Shown: positions 8,901 through 18,074, counted from the first letter of the stretch. The stretch is 60,457 bases of DNA from Oscillospiraceae bacterium (GCA_017548825.1 JAFYZG010000165.1:1-60457); one strand, 5' to 3'. The notes: generated from the letters alone by a model not told the origin. Translations and numbers: made by a program.

Positions 8901-9229
8901 TCTCGGTCCAGGAGAGGACGAAAGAGATCGGAATACTCCGCGCAATCGGCGCATCGAAATACAATGTGTCCAGTATGTTCAATGCAGAGACCGTCATAAT
9001 CGGGTTCCTCTCAGGCATCATAGGAACGGGAGTCACCTACCTGCTCTGCATTCCGATAAATTCACTGCTGCACAAACTTACTGATATAGATTCGCTTTCG
9101 GCGGTACTGCCGATCCATATAGCGGCCATCCTTGTGGTGATCAGCACGCTGCTGACGCTGTTTGCGGGGATCATCCCGTCGGCAGGAGCTGCGAAGAAGG
9201 ACCCGGTCGTTGCATTGAGAACAGAGTGA
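5930..9229 (+). CDS. Fused MacB-type ABC transporter: N-terminal ATPase + FtsX-type permease with very large extracytoplasmic domain
   Basis: Residues 1-225 form a LolD/MacB-like NBD (GPSGCGKTT, LSGGQMQRVAIARAL, LLDEPTGALD). A charged EEEEKEQERKLEEEK linker follows, then TM1 at ~272-292, ~670 aa of soluble sequence, and a C-terminal FtsX three-TM bundle (ERTKEIGILRAIGASK). Confidence 0.9.
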   Translation: MLELREIIKDYPAGNDTVHALKGIDLAFRSNEFVSILGPSGCGKTTLLNIIGGLDGYTSGDLIINGTSTKKYKDRDWDTYRNHSVGFVFQNYNLIPHQSVLKNVELALSLSGVRGKSRRQRAEEALTAVGLADQFNKRPAEMSGGQMQRVAIARALVNDPEIILLDEPTGALDTETGIMVMEILKKVAADRLVVMVTHNPELAERYSTRIVRMLDGKIISDSRPLEEEEKEQERKLEEEKAAADARKKMPRMKLSTAFGLSLNNLFTKRRRTILTSMAGSIGIIGIALIYAVSQGTENYIDSVQEEALSSYPLTITAETADMASMMSAFASMNSAKGEEVAENSIEEVNVTASVFQGIGTNDLRAFKEHLESTYSEIENDVNTVRYTYPVTPRVYAYDVKGDLILVNPSNLMGTIMGGSYSSSFGSMMSGSLFSEMMDDPELINEQYETVAGRLPERYDELLMVLTDKAHITDFLEYVVGLKDVEELSSMVKSIMSGEATGLEYDEEKRIYSYDELLGLDLRLVNVPDLYRFNSEYGVWEDMSEDKEFMKEAFESAERLKIVGIVAPAAGSTSNALNPGICYLPSLTLHVMEKSSASEMVSNQLLDSEKDVISGKTFEELNKENGPSLDLDNMISVDTKKLSSAFSVKVDTKAVENFVKNYVDEVMRDVSVEDSSAAYGDLSTLMKELAGGLTGYAVASGEALPADASLGGAGKTVLLKRSSCQTLVSQYLASEGVPQKISALAAGYELPDEVLEPVIAPLLTNALSVYISDFPSNHGDIWARREELAASGITLDGDTALLSEAAAEEISYQASSGALATSVVGEMAKVMTAAQGMKEVRAALNDIPNRLTKLMAGSMRVNTQKIASAFKFNLTEEELTRLMSAYSSAGTQRSYEGNLRDLGYSSPDDPNAIIIYLKDFDGKEDFKQYIDRYNKDAEEKGEDDRVIRYTDMTGVLMASVKTILDAITYVLIAFVSISLIVSSIMIGVITLISVQERTKEIGILRAIGASKYNVSSMFNAETVIIGFLSGIIGTGVTYLLCIPINSLLHKLTDIDSLSAVLPIHIAAILVVISTLLTLFAGIIPSAGAAKKDPVVALRTE

Positions 9230-9244
9230 GGAAGGAGAGGTAAG

Positions 9245-9796
9245 ATGGAGGAGAAGGAAACAGTCAGCAGAAGACAGGCGGTGGAAGAAGTCAGGAATAT
9301 GGCGTTCCAGTTCGCGGACATGTATTTTGCCTTTGTAAAGGTCATCAGAGAAAGATTCGGCGACGAAACGGCGATGGATATCGCGCAGAGAGTTCTTTAC
9401 ATGAGGGCTTCCGAGCGCGCTGGGAAGATGATCCGCAAGGCAGAGGAGGAGGGCTTCGAAAGGATCCCAGAGAATATCAACAGGCTCTCTGATGTCTCCT
9501 ATCTGGGCTGGGACAGTTCATACGGGATCGAAAGCTGCCCGTACGGCGCGCAATGGAACCGCAGGATCGCAACAGATCCCTGGTTCAGGAAGTATGCCGC
9601 CCTGTACTGCGATGTCACGGATACCACCATTGCAGAAGTCTTTACGGCGGACAGCTCACACAGGCTTCACAAAAATGTCGTGCTCGGAGATGACAGCTGT
9701 GAAAGGACATATTTCCCGTCCGATGACGTCAGGAGCGGGAAAAGAACATACGACCCGGACGCAACAGAAAGTATAGCAATGGCGCAATTATACTAA
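9245..9796 (+). CDS. Small cytoplasmic Cys-rich protein, ATC-hydrolase-like family (tentative)
   Basis: Good RBS (GGAAGGAGAGG), 15 nt after the ABC fusion gene. The pattern CPYGAQW...ALYCDVTDTTIAEVF...GDDSCERTYF resembles L-2-amino-thiazoline-4-carboxylate hydrolase-like proteins. The family call is unverified. Confidence 0.55.
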   Translation: MEEKETVSRRQAVEEVRNMAFQFADMYFAFVKVIRERFGDETAMDIAQRVLYMRASERAGKMIRKAEEEGFERIPENINRLSDVSYLGWDSSYGIESCPYGAQWNRRIATDPWFRKYAALYCDVTDTTIAEVFTADSSHRLHKNVVLGDDSCERTYFPSDDVRSGKRTYDPDATESIAMAQLY

Positions 9797-9937
9797 ATGT
9801 ATATATTTGCGCGGATATTAAACTCTGTACTGCGTCATCGTGTGATCCGGATCATAATTTAGATGTGTTCCGCGCACGATGTGATAGAATTAAAAGAAAA
9901 ACAAGGCTCAAATTGCCTTTTTAACGGAGGTAGTTCC

Positions 9938-11401
9938 ATGTCATGCACAACAGTACTGGTTGGAAAGAAAGCCAGCAATGACGGTTCGACTATGATAGCC
10001 AGAACAGACGACGGGTTCTTCGACGTAAAGAAGATCGTTGTAATCGAACCGTCCAAACAGCCGAGAAAATACCGCAACGTGATCTCACATCTTGAGATCG
10101 AGCTCCCGGATGATCCGATCAGATATACAGCGTCGCCCAGCGTTGATACGAAAAGAGGAGTATGGGCAGCGACAGGCATCAATGCCGCAAACGTCGGAAT
10201 GACAGCGACAGAAACGATCACGTCAAATCCCAGAGTGCTGTCTGCGGATCCTCTGGTCGAGTATCAGAAGGCAAAGAACAGAAGAGAAAAAGACATCCCC
10301 GGCGGGATAGGAGAAGAAGATCTCGTATATATCACGCTTCCCTATATTAAGTCGGCCCGCGAAGGAGTCGAGAGACTGGGAGCTCTCCTGGAGAAGTACG
10401 GAACATACGAGACCAACGGAATTGCGTTCAATGATGAGCATGAGGTCTGGTGGCTGGAAACTATAGGAGGCCATCACTGGATGGCCAGGCGCGTGCCGGA
10501 TGATGCGTGCGCGATAATCCCCAACCAGTTCGGGATGGATGAGTTCGATCTTGACGATGCTTTCGGGAAAAAGAAAGCCAATCTCTGCTCTGCGGACCTC
10601 AGAGAGTTTATAAAGGACAATCATCTGGATCTGAATCAGAACGGAAAGTTCAACCCCAGAGATGTTTTCGGTTCAAGAAGCGACCAGGACCATATATACA
10701 ATACTCCGAGAGCATGGTTCATGGAGAGATACCTGGCTCCCTACTCTCACAAGTGGGACGGAGAGGACGCCGAGTTCGGACCGGAAAGCGACAATATCCC
10801 CTGGATGATCGTTCCCGACAGAAAAGTAGCCGCTGAGGACGTCAAGTATCTGCTTTCATCTCATTATCAGGGAACACCTTATGATCCGTATTCCGGCCAG
10901 GATACGGGAAAACGCGGCATCTACCGCTCCATAGGCATCAACAGGACCGGCGTCACTTCTATATGCCAGATAAGAAGCGACGTTCCCGACGCGGCGAAAG
11001 GCGTGGAGTGGATCTGCTTCGGATCTACCGCGTTCAGCGCGATGCTGCCGGTATATACCAACGTGGATTCGATGCCGGCGTATCTCAGCAAGGTCTCGCT
11101 TGATGTCTCCACAGAGAACTTCTACTGGAGCAGCAGGCTGATCGATGCGTTTGCGGATCACAACTATGGAACCAGCATCCAGAACATAGAGAGATATCAC
11201 AGCGCTGTAGCGACGAAAGGCCGTCAGATAATCCGCGAGTATGACAAAAAGCTCACAGAGGGCGGAGATGTATCCATCCTCAAGGAAGCCAACGACAAAC
11301 TCAGCGATATGGCAAAGAAGCAGACGACGGAAACGCTCAACAGAGTTCTTGCGGATGCCAGCATGCACATGAAGAACGGCTACAACCGCGCGGACAACTG
11401 A
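9938..11401 (+). CDS. C69 family dipeptidase
   Basis: Begins MSCTTVLVGKKASNDGSTMIARTDD, the N-terminal nucleophile Cys typical of peptidase family C69. GGAGG RBS at 9926-9930. The ORF extension back to 9863 is rejected. Confidence 0.9.
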   Translation: MSCTTVLVGKKASNDGSTMIARTDDGFFDVKKIVVIEPSKQPRKYRNVISHLEIELPDDPIRYTASPSVDTKRGVWAATGINAANVGMTATETITSNPRVLSADPLVEYQKAKNRREKDIPGGIGEEDLVYITLPYIKSAREGVERLGALLEKYGTYETNGIAFNDEHEVWWLETIGGHHWMARRVPDDACAIIPNQFGMDEFDLDDAFGKKKANLCSADLREFIKDNHLDLNQNGKFNPRDVFGSRSDQDHIYNTPRAWFMERYLAPYSHKWDGEDAEFGPESDNIPWMIVPDRKVAAEDVKYLLSSHYQGTPYDPYSGQDTGKRGIYRSIGINRTGVTSICQIRSDVPDAAKGVEWICFGSTAFSAMLPVYTNVDSMPAYLSKVSLDVSTENFYWSSRLIDAFADHNYGTSIQNIERYHSAVATKGRQIIREYDKKLTEGGDVSILKEANDKLSDMAKKQTTETLNRVLADASMHMKNGYNRADN

Positions 11402-11439
11402 TATCCGGGGAAGACCTTTGTAAAGGAAGGGTATGACAG

Positions 11440-12234
11440 ATGAACGGTATAGCTGTGATAACCGGGGCTTCAGCAGGGATCGGCAGGGAGTTCGTGTTCT
11501 CAGTCGACAAGAGATACGAATTCGATGAGATCTGGGTGATAGCCAGAAGGAAGGAGAGGCTTGAAGAGCTGTCTTCCCTGTGCCAGAACAGGATAAAGGC
11601 GGTCGCCATGGATCTGACGGACAGCGATGCCCTGGAGAAGTACCGAGTGCTGCTGGAAGAGGAGAAGCCCGATATCAGGATGCTCGTCAACTCCGCCGGG
11701 TGCGGAGTATTCGGGCCTTTTGAAGAGAAGGATCTGGACAAGCTGTCCGCAAGCGTCCAGCTGAATTCAGTAGCGCTCACGGCTATGTGCCATATAAGTC
11801 TCCCTTATATGAAAGAGGGAAGCTGCATCATAAACGTCGGATCGAATTCATCCTGGCAGCCGGTTCCTTATCAGGCGGTATACGGAGCGAGCAAGAGCTA
11901 TGTGCTCAGTTTCTCCAGAGCTATCGGAAGGGAGCTCAGACCCAGAGGCATCCATGTAATGTGTGTCTGCCCGGGCTGGATCAAGACGGAGTTTCAGGAA
12001 TACGCCCATCATGATGAATACATCAGGTATGTGGACAGATGGTACGGGCCGGATGAGGTTGCCGAACAGGCGATGAATGATCTGGAAAAGCTGAAGGATG
12101 TGTCGATCCTCGGAACTCCCGTCCGCAGACAGGTCAGACTGGTAAAACATCTGCCCGTCGATCTGGTCATGGACATCTGGTGCAAACAGCAGGGATTCGA
12201 TATGTCCGATAAAAGAAAGAAATTCGGGGAATAG
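11440..12234 (+). CDS. SDR family oxidoreductase
   Basis: ITGASAGIGREF glycine motif, NSAG, and the YGASKSYV (YxxxK) catalytic motif. Confidence 0.9.
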   Translation: MNGIAVITGASAGIGREFVFSVDKRYEFDEIWVIARRKERLEELSSLCQNRIKAVAMDLTDSDALEKYRVLLEEEKPDIRMLVNSAGCGVFGPFEEKDLDKLSASVQLNSVALTAMCHISLPYMKEGSCIINVGSNSSWQPVPYQAVYGASKSYVLSFSRAIGRELRPRGIHVMCVCPGWIKTEFQEYAHHDEYIRYVDRWYGPDEVAEQAMNDLEKLKDVSILGTPVRRQVRLVKHLPVDLVMDIWCKQQGFDMSDKRKKFGE

Positions 12235-12276
12235 ACAATCCTCACGTTCTGTATCGAAAGAAATAATAAAAGAAAG

Positions 12277-12302
12277 GCCGGATCGCAGAGATCCGGCTTT
12301 TT
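12277..12302. terminator. Bidirectional intrinsic terminator between convergent SDR and MFS genes
   Basis: A-rich tract, GCCGGATC-GCAGA-GATCCGGC stem, then TTTTT. Confidence 0.8.
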
Positions 12303-12338
12303 CAGCTGTAAAGGTGTTTCGTAAAGGAGAGCATGTTC

Positions 12339-13568
12339 TCATGGGATCTGCTCAGGTTTCTTTCTGACGATGCCCAGTTTTTCTCTCATGGATATCAGAA
12401 TGACCGCGGTGAAGAGCCAGGCTGCAAGGAACAGGAAGATCGGCTTGAAGCTTCCGGTGCTGTCAAAGACATAGGAGATGATGGAGGGAGAAAGAGCTGT
12501 GGATAGTCCGCTCAGCATACTCAGCCTGCTGTACTGTATCTCAAACTGATCCGGATCGAATATCTCCGCGGAGACCAGCGAATTTGCGACACCGCTCATA
12601 TACCCGAAACCCATAACGAGCGAACCGATATAGAGCAGGACAGGAACTCCGCTTCCGAAGACCAGAACGAGCATGCTTGTGCCGATAAGTCCGAGGAACA
12701 GCTGTATGCTTCGCCAGAGCCCGATATAATCGCTGCATACACCGAAGAGCAGTTTTGCAGACATGTTGCCGATCATCAGCACAGAGGTCATCTTAGCGCC
12801 TATCATGGGATCATAGCCGAGAGAGGATGCGTACTGCGGGATATATGAGACCATCTGGATCGCGAGGCCGGCGACGGTCACCGAGCAGAATATATAAAGA
12901 TATGTCTTAAGTTTGAAAGGAACATGCTGCGTCGTCGGCCTGACAGGCGGCGTGCCCGTGTCAGGGGCAGCCTCTGTTTCTCCGTATGCGAGGGCACCGA
13001 CGTCGGAAGGATGCCGTTCGATCAGCAGAGCGGCGATGAAGACCATCGCAAATGCCGAGAGGCCCAGGATGACAGCGGTCTTTCTCCAGCCGACAGATCC
13101 TATCAGTCTGCCGGCAAGAGGGTTGAATACCGCTCCGATCACGCCGGAGAGCATCATATACATCCCCATGAAAGTGCCCCGGTTCTTGATGAACCAGTTG
13201 CGGATGACCGTAGTGGGAAGAAGGACGACGAGACTGGATGCAAGACCGTTCAGAACGCCGGAGATCGCCCACTGCCACGGCTGTGTATAAAGGGACATAA
13301 GGGCAAAAGAGGCCCCGCCGATAAGTCCGACGAGGATGGCCATCACTTTGATGTTCACGCGGGTCAGCAGTTTCGCGGTGAACAGCATCGCCAAAGTGGA
13401 TACGAGGCCTTTGAGAGTATAGAAGATCGAAACGGAGCTGCTGGTATACCCTTCCGCCTGTATCACACCGTTTATCAGGACACCGGCACAGTTGAAGATG
13501 ATCCCCATCATGGCGCCGTAGAGAAGCATGCAGCCGGCAAGCACCAGCCATACGCGTTTTGTCTTCAT
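12339..13568 (-). CDS. MFS transporter
   Basis: About 12 hydrophobic segments with MFS-like loop motifs. I prefer the start at MKTKRVWLVLAG (ATG 13568, GAGGTGG RBS) over the ORF start at 13619. Confidence 0.85.
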   Translation of the reverse strand: MKTKRVWLVLAGCMLLYGAMMGIIFNCAGVLINGVIQAEGYTSSSVSIFYTLKGLVSTLAMLFTAKLLTRVNIKVMAILVGLIGGASFALMSLYTQPWQWAISGVLNGLASSLVVLLPTTVIRNWFIKNRGTFMGMYMMLSGVIGAVFNPLAGRLIGSVGWRKTAVILGLSAFAMVFIAALLIERHPSDVGALAYGETEAAPDTGTPPVRPTTQHVPFKLKTYLYIFCSVTVAGLAIQMVSYIPQYASSLGYDPMIGAKMTSVLMIGNMSAKLLFGVCSDYIGLWRSIQLFLGLIGTSMLVLVFGSGVPVLLYIGSLVMGFGYMSGVANSLVSAEIFDPDQFEIQYSRLSMLSGLSTALSPSIISYVFDSTGSFKPIFLFLAAWLFTAVILISMREKLGIVRKKPEQIP

Positions 13569-13650
13569 TGACCACCTCAAAAACATTTGTTGAGCGGAAG
13601 GCGATGTGCTTTTCCGCATAACAGATTATACCATCTGAAACAGACAGAAA

Positions 13651-13685
13651 AGAAAACCTCTTCCGTAAGACCGGAAGAGGTTTTT
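13651..13685. terminator. Intrinsic terminator downstream of tRNA-Ser (bidirectional shape)
   Basis: CCTCTTCCG-loop-CGGAAGAGG stem flanked by an A-tract and TTTTT. On the minus strand it is followed by TTTTCTTTTCT. Confidence 0.7.
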
Positions 13686-13686
13686 C

Positions 13687-13774
13687 TGGCGGAGAGTCAG
13701 GGATTCGAACCCTGGAGACCTTTCGGTCTACAGCATTTCGAGTGCTGCACCTTCGACCACTCGGACAACTCTCC
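13687..13774 (-). tRNA. tRNA-Ser (anticodon CGA), long variable arm, CCA encoded
   Basis: The reverse complement reads GGAGAGTTGTCCGAGTGGTCGAAGGTGCAGCACTCGAAATGCTGTAGACCGAAAGGTCTCCAGGGTTCGAATCCCTGACTCTCCGCCA. The anticodon loop is CTCGAAA. Confidence 0.93.
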
Positions 13775-13789
13775 ATAACAGGTTTTTCA

Positions 13790-13818
13790 ATTGTAAAACA
13801 AGCGTTAAAAAAAAGCAA
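13790..13818 (-). promoter_or_regulatory. Putative sigma-A promoter for tRNA-Ser
   Basis: Minus strand: TTGCTT, 17 nt, TACAAT, ending 15 nt upstream of the tRNA 5' end. Confidence 0.5.
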
Positions 13819-13911
13819 GAAAGGGAGACACGGGGAGAAGAAGACCATACTATGCTAGATACTTATAGTATTATAATTATTAAAGAGACCAAAGACAGGA
13901 GGATTCACCAG

Positions 13912-14346
13912 ATGACTCTCGAAGAGTATCAGAAGACTGTTATTTTCCCGGTAGGCACGGGAGGAGATCATCCGTTTTTCACAGGAAAGGTATATCTGGC
14001 GCATATATCCAACGAGCAGCTGACGATCTCGAACGTGACCTTTGAGCCGGGGTGCAGGAACAACTGGCACATACATCATGCGACCTCCGGAGGCGGGCAG
14101 ATGCTGATATGCGTCGGAGGCAGAGGTTTCTACCAGGAATGGGGAAAGGATGCCGTGGAGATGACACCCGGTACCGTAGTACATGTTCCCGCGAACGTAA
14201 AGCACTGGCACGGAGCAGCTCCGGATTCCTGGTTCTCACATCTGAACATCGATGTTCCGGGAGAGGATACCAGCGGCGAGCCGATGGAGCATATCTCAGA
14301 CGAGGACTACCTGAAGGCAGTGCAGAAAAAGGTCACGGAAGAGTGA
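13912..14346 (+). CDS. Cupin domain protein
   Basis: AGGAGG RBS before the ATG at 13912. Cupin motifs are NNWHIHHATSGGGQMLICVGGRG and VVHVPANVKHWHGA. Confidence 0.85.
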   Translation: MTLEEYQKTVIFPVGTGGDHPFFTGKVYLAHISNEQLTISNVTFEPGCRNNWHIHHATSGGGQMLICVGGRGFYQEWGKDAVEMTPGTVVHVPANVKHWHGAAPDSWFSHLNIDVPGEDTSGEPMEHISDEDYLKAVQKKVTEE

Positions 14347-14951
14347 ACTATCTAACAGAGGAAAAACTTAAGGAACTTCTCGCAGGGGCACCGGAACATC
14401 TCAAACCGGTGCCTCCTAGAAGGATGGTGGCTTTTGACGTTGAGACGCCCAACTCCCGCGGCGACAGGATCTGCTCTGCGGGGCTCACGGTCATAGAGAA
14501 CAACCGCGTCGTGCAGACCACGGAGATCAGGGTAAATCCGGAGACGGAATTCGACTGGAGATGCATCAGAGTGCACGGCATCAGACCGCAGGACGTAGAG
14601 GACGAGCCCGCTTTCCCGGAAGTGTGGGACAGGATCAGGGATATTATGGAGAACAGCGTGATACTGGCTCATAATGCCACGTTCGATCTGGGAGTGCTGA
14701 AAAGACTTCTGGATCACTACGAACTGGATTTCCATCCCGTCCGGTATGCGGATACGCTCACCATCTCAAGGGCGGTCTACGGAAAGACGATGCCCAATCA
14801 TAAGCTGGGTACGCTCTGCGCTGAACTGGGTATCCCGCTCGATGCCCACCAGGCCGGAAGCGACAGTTTCGGGTGTGCCGAACTGTATCTCAGGATGCAG
14901 GAGACAGCGGGGTCACTGACTTCGTTCGACAGGGTCTACAGATTCTTCTGA
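14343..14951 (+). CDS. DEDDh 3'-5' exonuclease (DnaQ/epsilon-like)
   Basis: Exo motifs AFDVET, LAHNATFDLGVL and HQAGSDS. The start is uncertain: GTG at 14343 (overlaps the cupin stop as GTGA) or ATG at 14424. Confidence 0.8.
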   Translation: MNYLTEEKLKELLAGAPEHLKPVPPRRMVAFDVETPNSRGDRICSAGLTVIENNRVVQTTEIRVNPETEFDWRCIRVHGIRPQDVEDEPAFPEVWDRIRDIMENSVILAHNATFDLGVLKRLLDHYELDFHPVRYADTLTISRAVYGKTMPNHKLGTLCAELGIPLDAHQAGSDSFGCAELYLRMQETAGSLTSFDRVYRFF

Positions 14952-15001
14952 GCATCGGAAACAAAAGGGAAAAACAGGCTTTCCGGACCCTTAACTTGGA
15001 C

Positions 15002-15030
15002 TTGCATATGATAGTTGCTTCTGTTAAAAT
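15002..15030 (+). promoter_or_regulatory. Putative sigma-A promoter for gap
   Basis: TTGCAT (15002-15007), 17 nt, TAAAAT (15025-15030). Confidence 0.5.
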
Positions 15031-15092
15031 TAGTGCGGTCTTTCATAAATTGTATTCAGAAATGGATATTAAATAATTCGGAGGATTATTCC

Positions 15093-16121
15093 ATGGTAAA
15101 AGTTGCAATTAACGGTTTTGGACGTATCGGCCGTCTGGCATTCCGCCAGATGTTCGGTGCAGAGGGCTATGAGATCGTTGCCATCAACGACCTGACCAGC
15201 CCCGAGATGCTCGCGAACCTTCTGAAGTACGACACCGCTCAGGGACCGTACATCGGCAAGCTCGGCGAGAACCTTCACACAGTCGAAGCCACAGAGGATT
15301 CGATCATTGTCGACGGCAAGAAGATCAGGATCTACAAAGAGGCTGATGCAAACAACTGCCCCTGGGGAGAGCTCGACGTAGACGTCGTCCTCGAGTGCAC
15401 AGGTTTCTACACCACAAAGGCCAAGTCCCAGGCTCACATCAACGCCGGCGCCAAGAAGGTCGTCATCTCCGCTCCCGCGGGCAATGACCTCCCGACAGTC
15501 GTCTTCGGCGTAAACGAGAACGTTCTTACAAAGGAAGACACCATCATTTCCGCTGCTTCCTGCACAACGAACTGCCTCGCTCCCATGACCAAGGCTCTTA
15601 ACGATGCTTATCCGATCCAGTCCGGAATCATGACCACAGTTCATGCCTACACCGGCGATCAGATGATCCTCGACGGACCGCACCGCAAGGGCGATATGCG
15701 CCGTGCACGTGCAGGTGCTGCGAACATCGTTCCCAACTCCACCGGCGCTGCCAAGGCCATCGGTCTTGTCATCCCCGAACTGAACGGCAAGCTCATCGGC
15801 TCCGCTCAGCGTGTACCGACAGTCACCGGCTCCACCACCATCCTCGTAGCAGTCGTAAAGGGCAAGGATGTCACTGTTGACTCCATCAACGCCGCGATGA
15901 AGGCTCAGACCAGTGCTTCCTTCGGCTACAACACCGATCCTATCGTTTCTTCCGATGTCATCGGAATGAGCTTCGGCTCCCTGTTCGATGCCACACAGAC
16001 AATGGTCGCCAAGATCGATGACGATACATATCAGGTACAGGTAGTTTCCTGGTACGACAACGAGAACTCCTACACATCCCAGATGGTAAGGACGATCAAG
16101 TACTTCGCCGAACTCGGCTGA
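15093..16121 (+). CDS. gap: Glyceraldehyde-3-phosphate dehydrogenase, type I
   Basis: [15 protein letters not shown]-terminus and the active site [17 protein letters not shown] lies before the ATG at 15093. Confidence 0.95.
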   Translation: MVKVAINGFGRIGRLAFRQMFGAEGYEIVAINDLTSPEMLANLLKYDTAQGPYIGKLGENLHTVEATEDSIIVDGKKIRIYKEADANNCPWGELDVDVVLECTGFYTTKAKSQAHINAGAKKVVISAPAGNDLPTVVFGVNENVLTKEDTIISAASCTTNCLAPMTKALNDAYPIQSGIMTTVHAYTGDQMILDGPHRKGDMRRARAGAANIVPNSTGAAKAIGLVIPELNGKLIGSAQRVPTVTGSTTILVAVVKGKDVTVDSINAAMKAQTSASFGYNTDPIVSSDVIGMSFGSLFDATQTMVAKIDDDTYQVQVVSWYDNENSYTSQMVRTIKYFAELG

Positions 16122-16161
16122 TAAGTACTTCGTACGGGAACAAAGATCAACATGTAACGAG

Positions 16162-16199
16162 AGCGGGAGCTGTCACGGATGGCTCCCGCTTTCTCTATT
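16162..16199 (+). terminator. Intrinsic terminator after gap
   Basis: AGCGGGAGC-loop-GCTCCCGCT stem followed by TTCTCTATT. Confidence 0.75.
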
Positions 16200-16235
16200 A
16201 AACTGTGACAGAACAGAAAGGCACGGTGAATACGA

Positions 16236-18074
16236 ATGCCCCGTGGTTTCGGTCCGAGAGGGTTCCTGACGGAAGAGGAAAAGCAGAACGCGCCAAAGAT
16301 CAGCAAACAGCTCGTCATACGGATACTCAGATATCTGAAGCCGTACTGGCTTCAGCTTCTCATAGTGTTTGCGATCATCATCCTGTCTTCCGTGCTGGGA
16401 CTGCTGCCCTCGCTCATAACGGCAAGGATCATAGACGAAGCACTGCTGGGAAAGGATCTGGCACTGCTCATCAAGCTGGTGGTACTGGCGATCTTCACTC
16501 TGGCGATGTCCAACATCGTCGGGGTCATGGAGTCGTACATCAACAGCTGGGTCTCCAACAGGATAGTCCTCGACATGAAGAACGAGATGTTCAGCCATCT
16601 GCAGGCGATGCCGCATTCCTTCTTCACCTCCGAGAAACAGGGAGACATCATCACCCGGATGAACTCGGACATATCCGGAGTTGCATCGGTGATCAGCTCG
16701 GTGCTGACGAATATAATATCCAACATTTGCACTGTGGTGACCACGATCGTCGCGCTCTTCAGGATCGACGCCAAGCTTTCCCTGGTGGGAATACTCGTGA
16801 TCCCTCTCCTTGTCCTGCCGACGAAGTCAGCGGGAAGGAACCGCTGGCAGCTGCTTTCCGAATCCAGAGAGAAGACGGACGAGCTCAACGAGATCGTCAA
16901 CGAGTCGCTCTCGGTCTCCGGATCTCTTCTGATCAAGCTCTTTACGAGAGAGGAAGCCGTCAACAGGAAATTCGAGCAGGCGAACAAAGAGGTCATCGAC
17001 CTTTCAACCAAGGAGTCCCGGGCTGGCAGCTGGTTCAGGGTTATAATGGGGATATTCACGAACCTCGGACCGCTCCTCATCTATCTTGCAGGCGGATATC
17101 TCATAATAAAGATGAACGACACCGCGGTGACGGTGGGAACCATAACAGCTACCGTCAGCATGATCAACCGTCTCTACAGACCCGTGGAGTCCCTTCTGAA
17201 CGTATCGGTGGATCTGACAAGATCCATGGCGCTGTTCACAAGGATCTTCTCCTATCTCGACATGGAGCCCGAGATAAAGAACAGGATGAATCCGGTCAAG
17301 CCGTCATTCAGTTCCGGAGCCGAGATCAGATACGATCACGTCGCATTCAGATACACGGACGACATACCTCTTATCGAGGACCTCTCCTTCCGGGTGCCCT
17401 CGGGAAAGATGTATGCCATCGTCGGACCGTCCGGCTCCGGCAAGTCAACGGTCGTCAATCTGCTGCCGCGTCTCTATGACGTTAAGGGAGGATCGGTAAG
17501 GGTCAACGGCATCGATGTCAGAGATATCGATCTGACATACCTGAGATCCAATATAGGGGTGGTGACCCAGGAAGCGTACATGTTCAACGGCACGGTCAGA
17601 GACAATCTGCTGTTCGCAAAAGAGGACGCCACACAGGAGGAACTGGAGGAAGCCTGCAGGATAGCCAATATACACGACTTTATCGTGTCCCAGCCTGACG
17701 GCTACGACACGCAGGTGGGCAACCGGGGACTGAAGCTTTCCGGAGGAGAGAAGCAGAGGCTGTCCATTGCGCGCGTGATTCTCAAAGATCCGAAGATCCT
17801 GATACTGGACGAGGCGACATCGTCTCTAGACTCCATCTCGGAGAACTCCATCCAGAACGCGCTCGATGTACTGATGAAAGGCAGGACCTCCATAGTCATC
17901 GCCCACAGGCTGTCGACCATACTGCAGGCTGACAGGATACTCGTCATTTCCGACGGAAAGATAGTTGAGGAAGGCGGGCATGAGGAACTTATTGAGAAGA
18001 ACGGAGTCTACAGGCAGCTCTATGAGACGCAGTTCAGGAAGGTCATTGATATGGAAACGAGCCGTCAGGACTGA
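16236..18074 (+). CDS. ABC transporter, fused permease/ATP-binding (type I exporter, MsbA/LmrA-like)
   Basis: Six-TM N-terminal half plus an NBD (GPSGSGKST, LSGGEKQRLSIARV, ILILDEATSSLD). Confidence 0.9.
   Translation: MPRGFGPRGFLTEEEKQNAPKISKQLVIRILRYLKPYWLQLLIVFAIIILSSVLGLLPSLITARIIDEALLGKDLALLIKLVVLAIFTLAMSNIVGVMESYINSWVSNRIVLDMKNEMFSHLQAMPHSFFTSEKQGDIITRMNSDISGVASVISSVLTNIISNICTVVTTIVALFRIDAKLSLVGILVIPLLVLPTKSAGRNRWQLLSESREKTDELNEIVNESLSVSGSLLIKLFTREEAVNRKFEQANKEVIDLSTKESRAGSWFRVIMGIFTNLGPLLIYLAGGYLIIKMNDTAVTVGTITATVSMINRLYRPVESLLNVSVDLTRSMALFTRIFSYLDMEPEIKNRMNPVKPSFSSGAEIRYDHVAFRYTDDIPLIEDLSFRVPSGKMYAIVGPSGSGKSTVVNLLPRLYDVKGGSVRVNGIDVRDIDLTYLRSNIGVVTQEAYMFNGTVRDNLLFAKEDATQEELEEACRIANIHDFIVSQPDGYDTQVGNRGLKLSGGEKQRLSIARVILKDPKILILDEATSSLDSISENSIQNALDVLMKGRTSIVIAHRLSTILQADRILVISDGKIVEEGGHEELIEKNGVYRQLYETQFRKVIDMETSRQD

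Noticed and set aside
12961-13848. 295-aa minus-strand ORF overlapping the MFS gene and running through tRNA-Ser
   Set aside because: It is an off-frame reading of the MFS gene that continues across a tRNA and a terminator. It is not a plausible gene.
14052-14342. 97-codon N-terminal extension of the exonuclease ORF overlapping the cupin gene
   Set aside because: It is Arg-rich off-frame sequence inside the well-supported cupin CDS. Exonuclease homology only begins after 14343.
16205-17479. 424-aa same-strand ORF in an alternative frame of the ABC exporter gene
   Set aside because: The translation is Arg/Gly/His/Gln-rich junk, typical of an off-frame reading of a GC-rich gene. The 16236 frame gives a complete TMD+NBD exporter.
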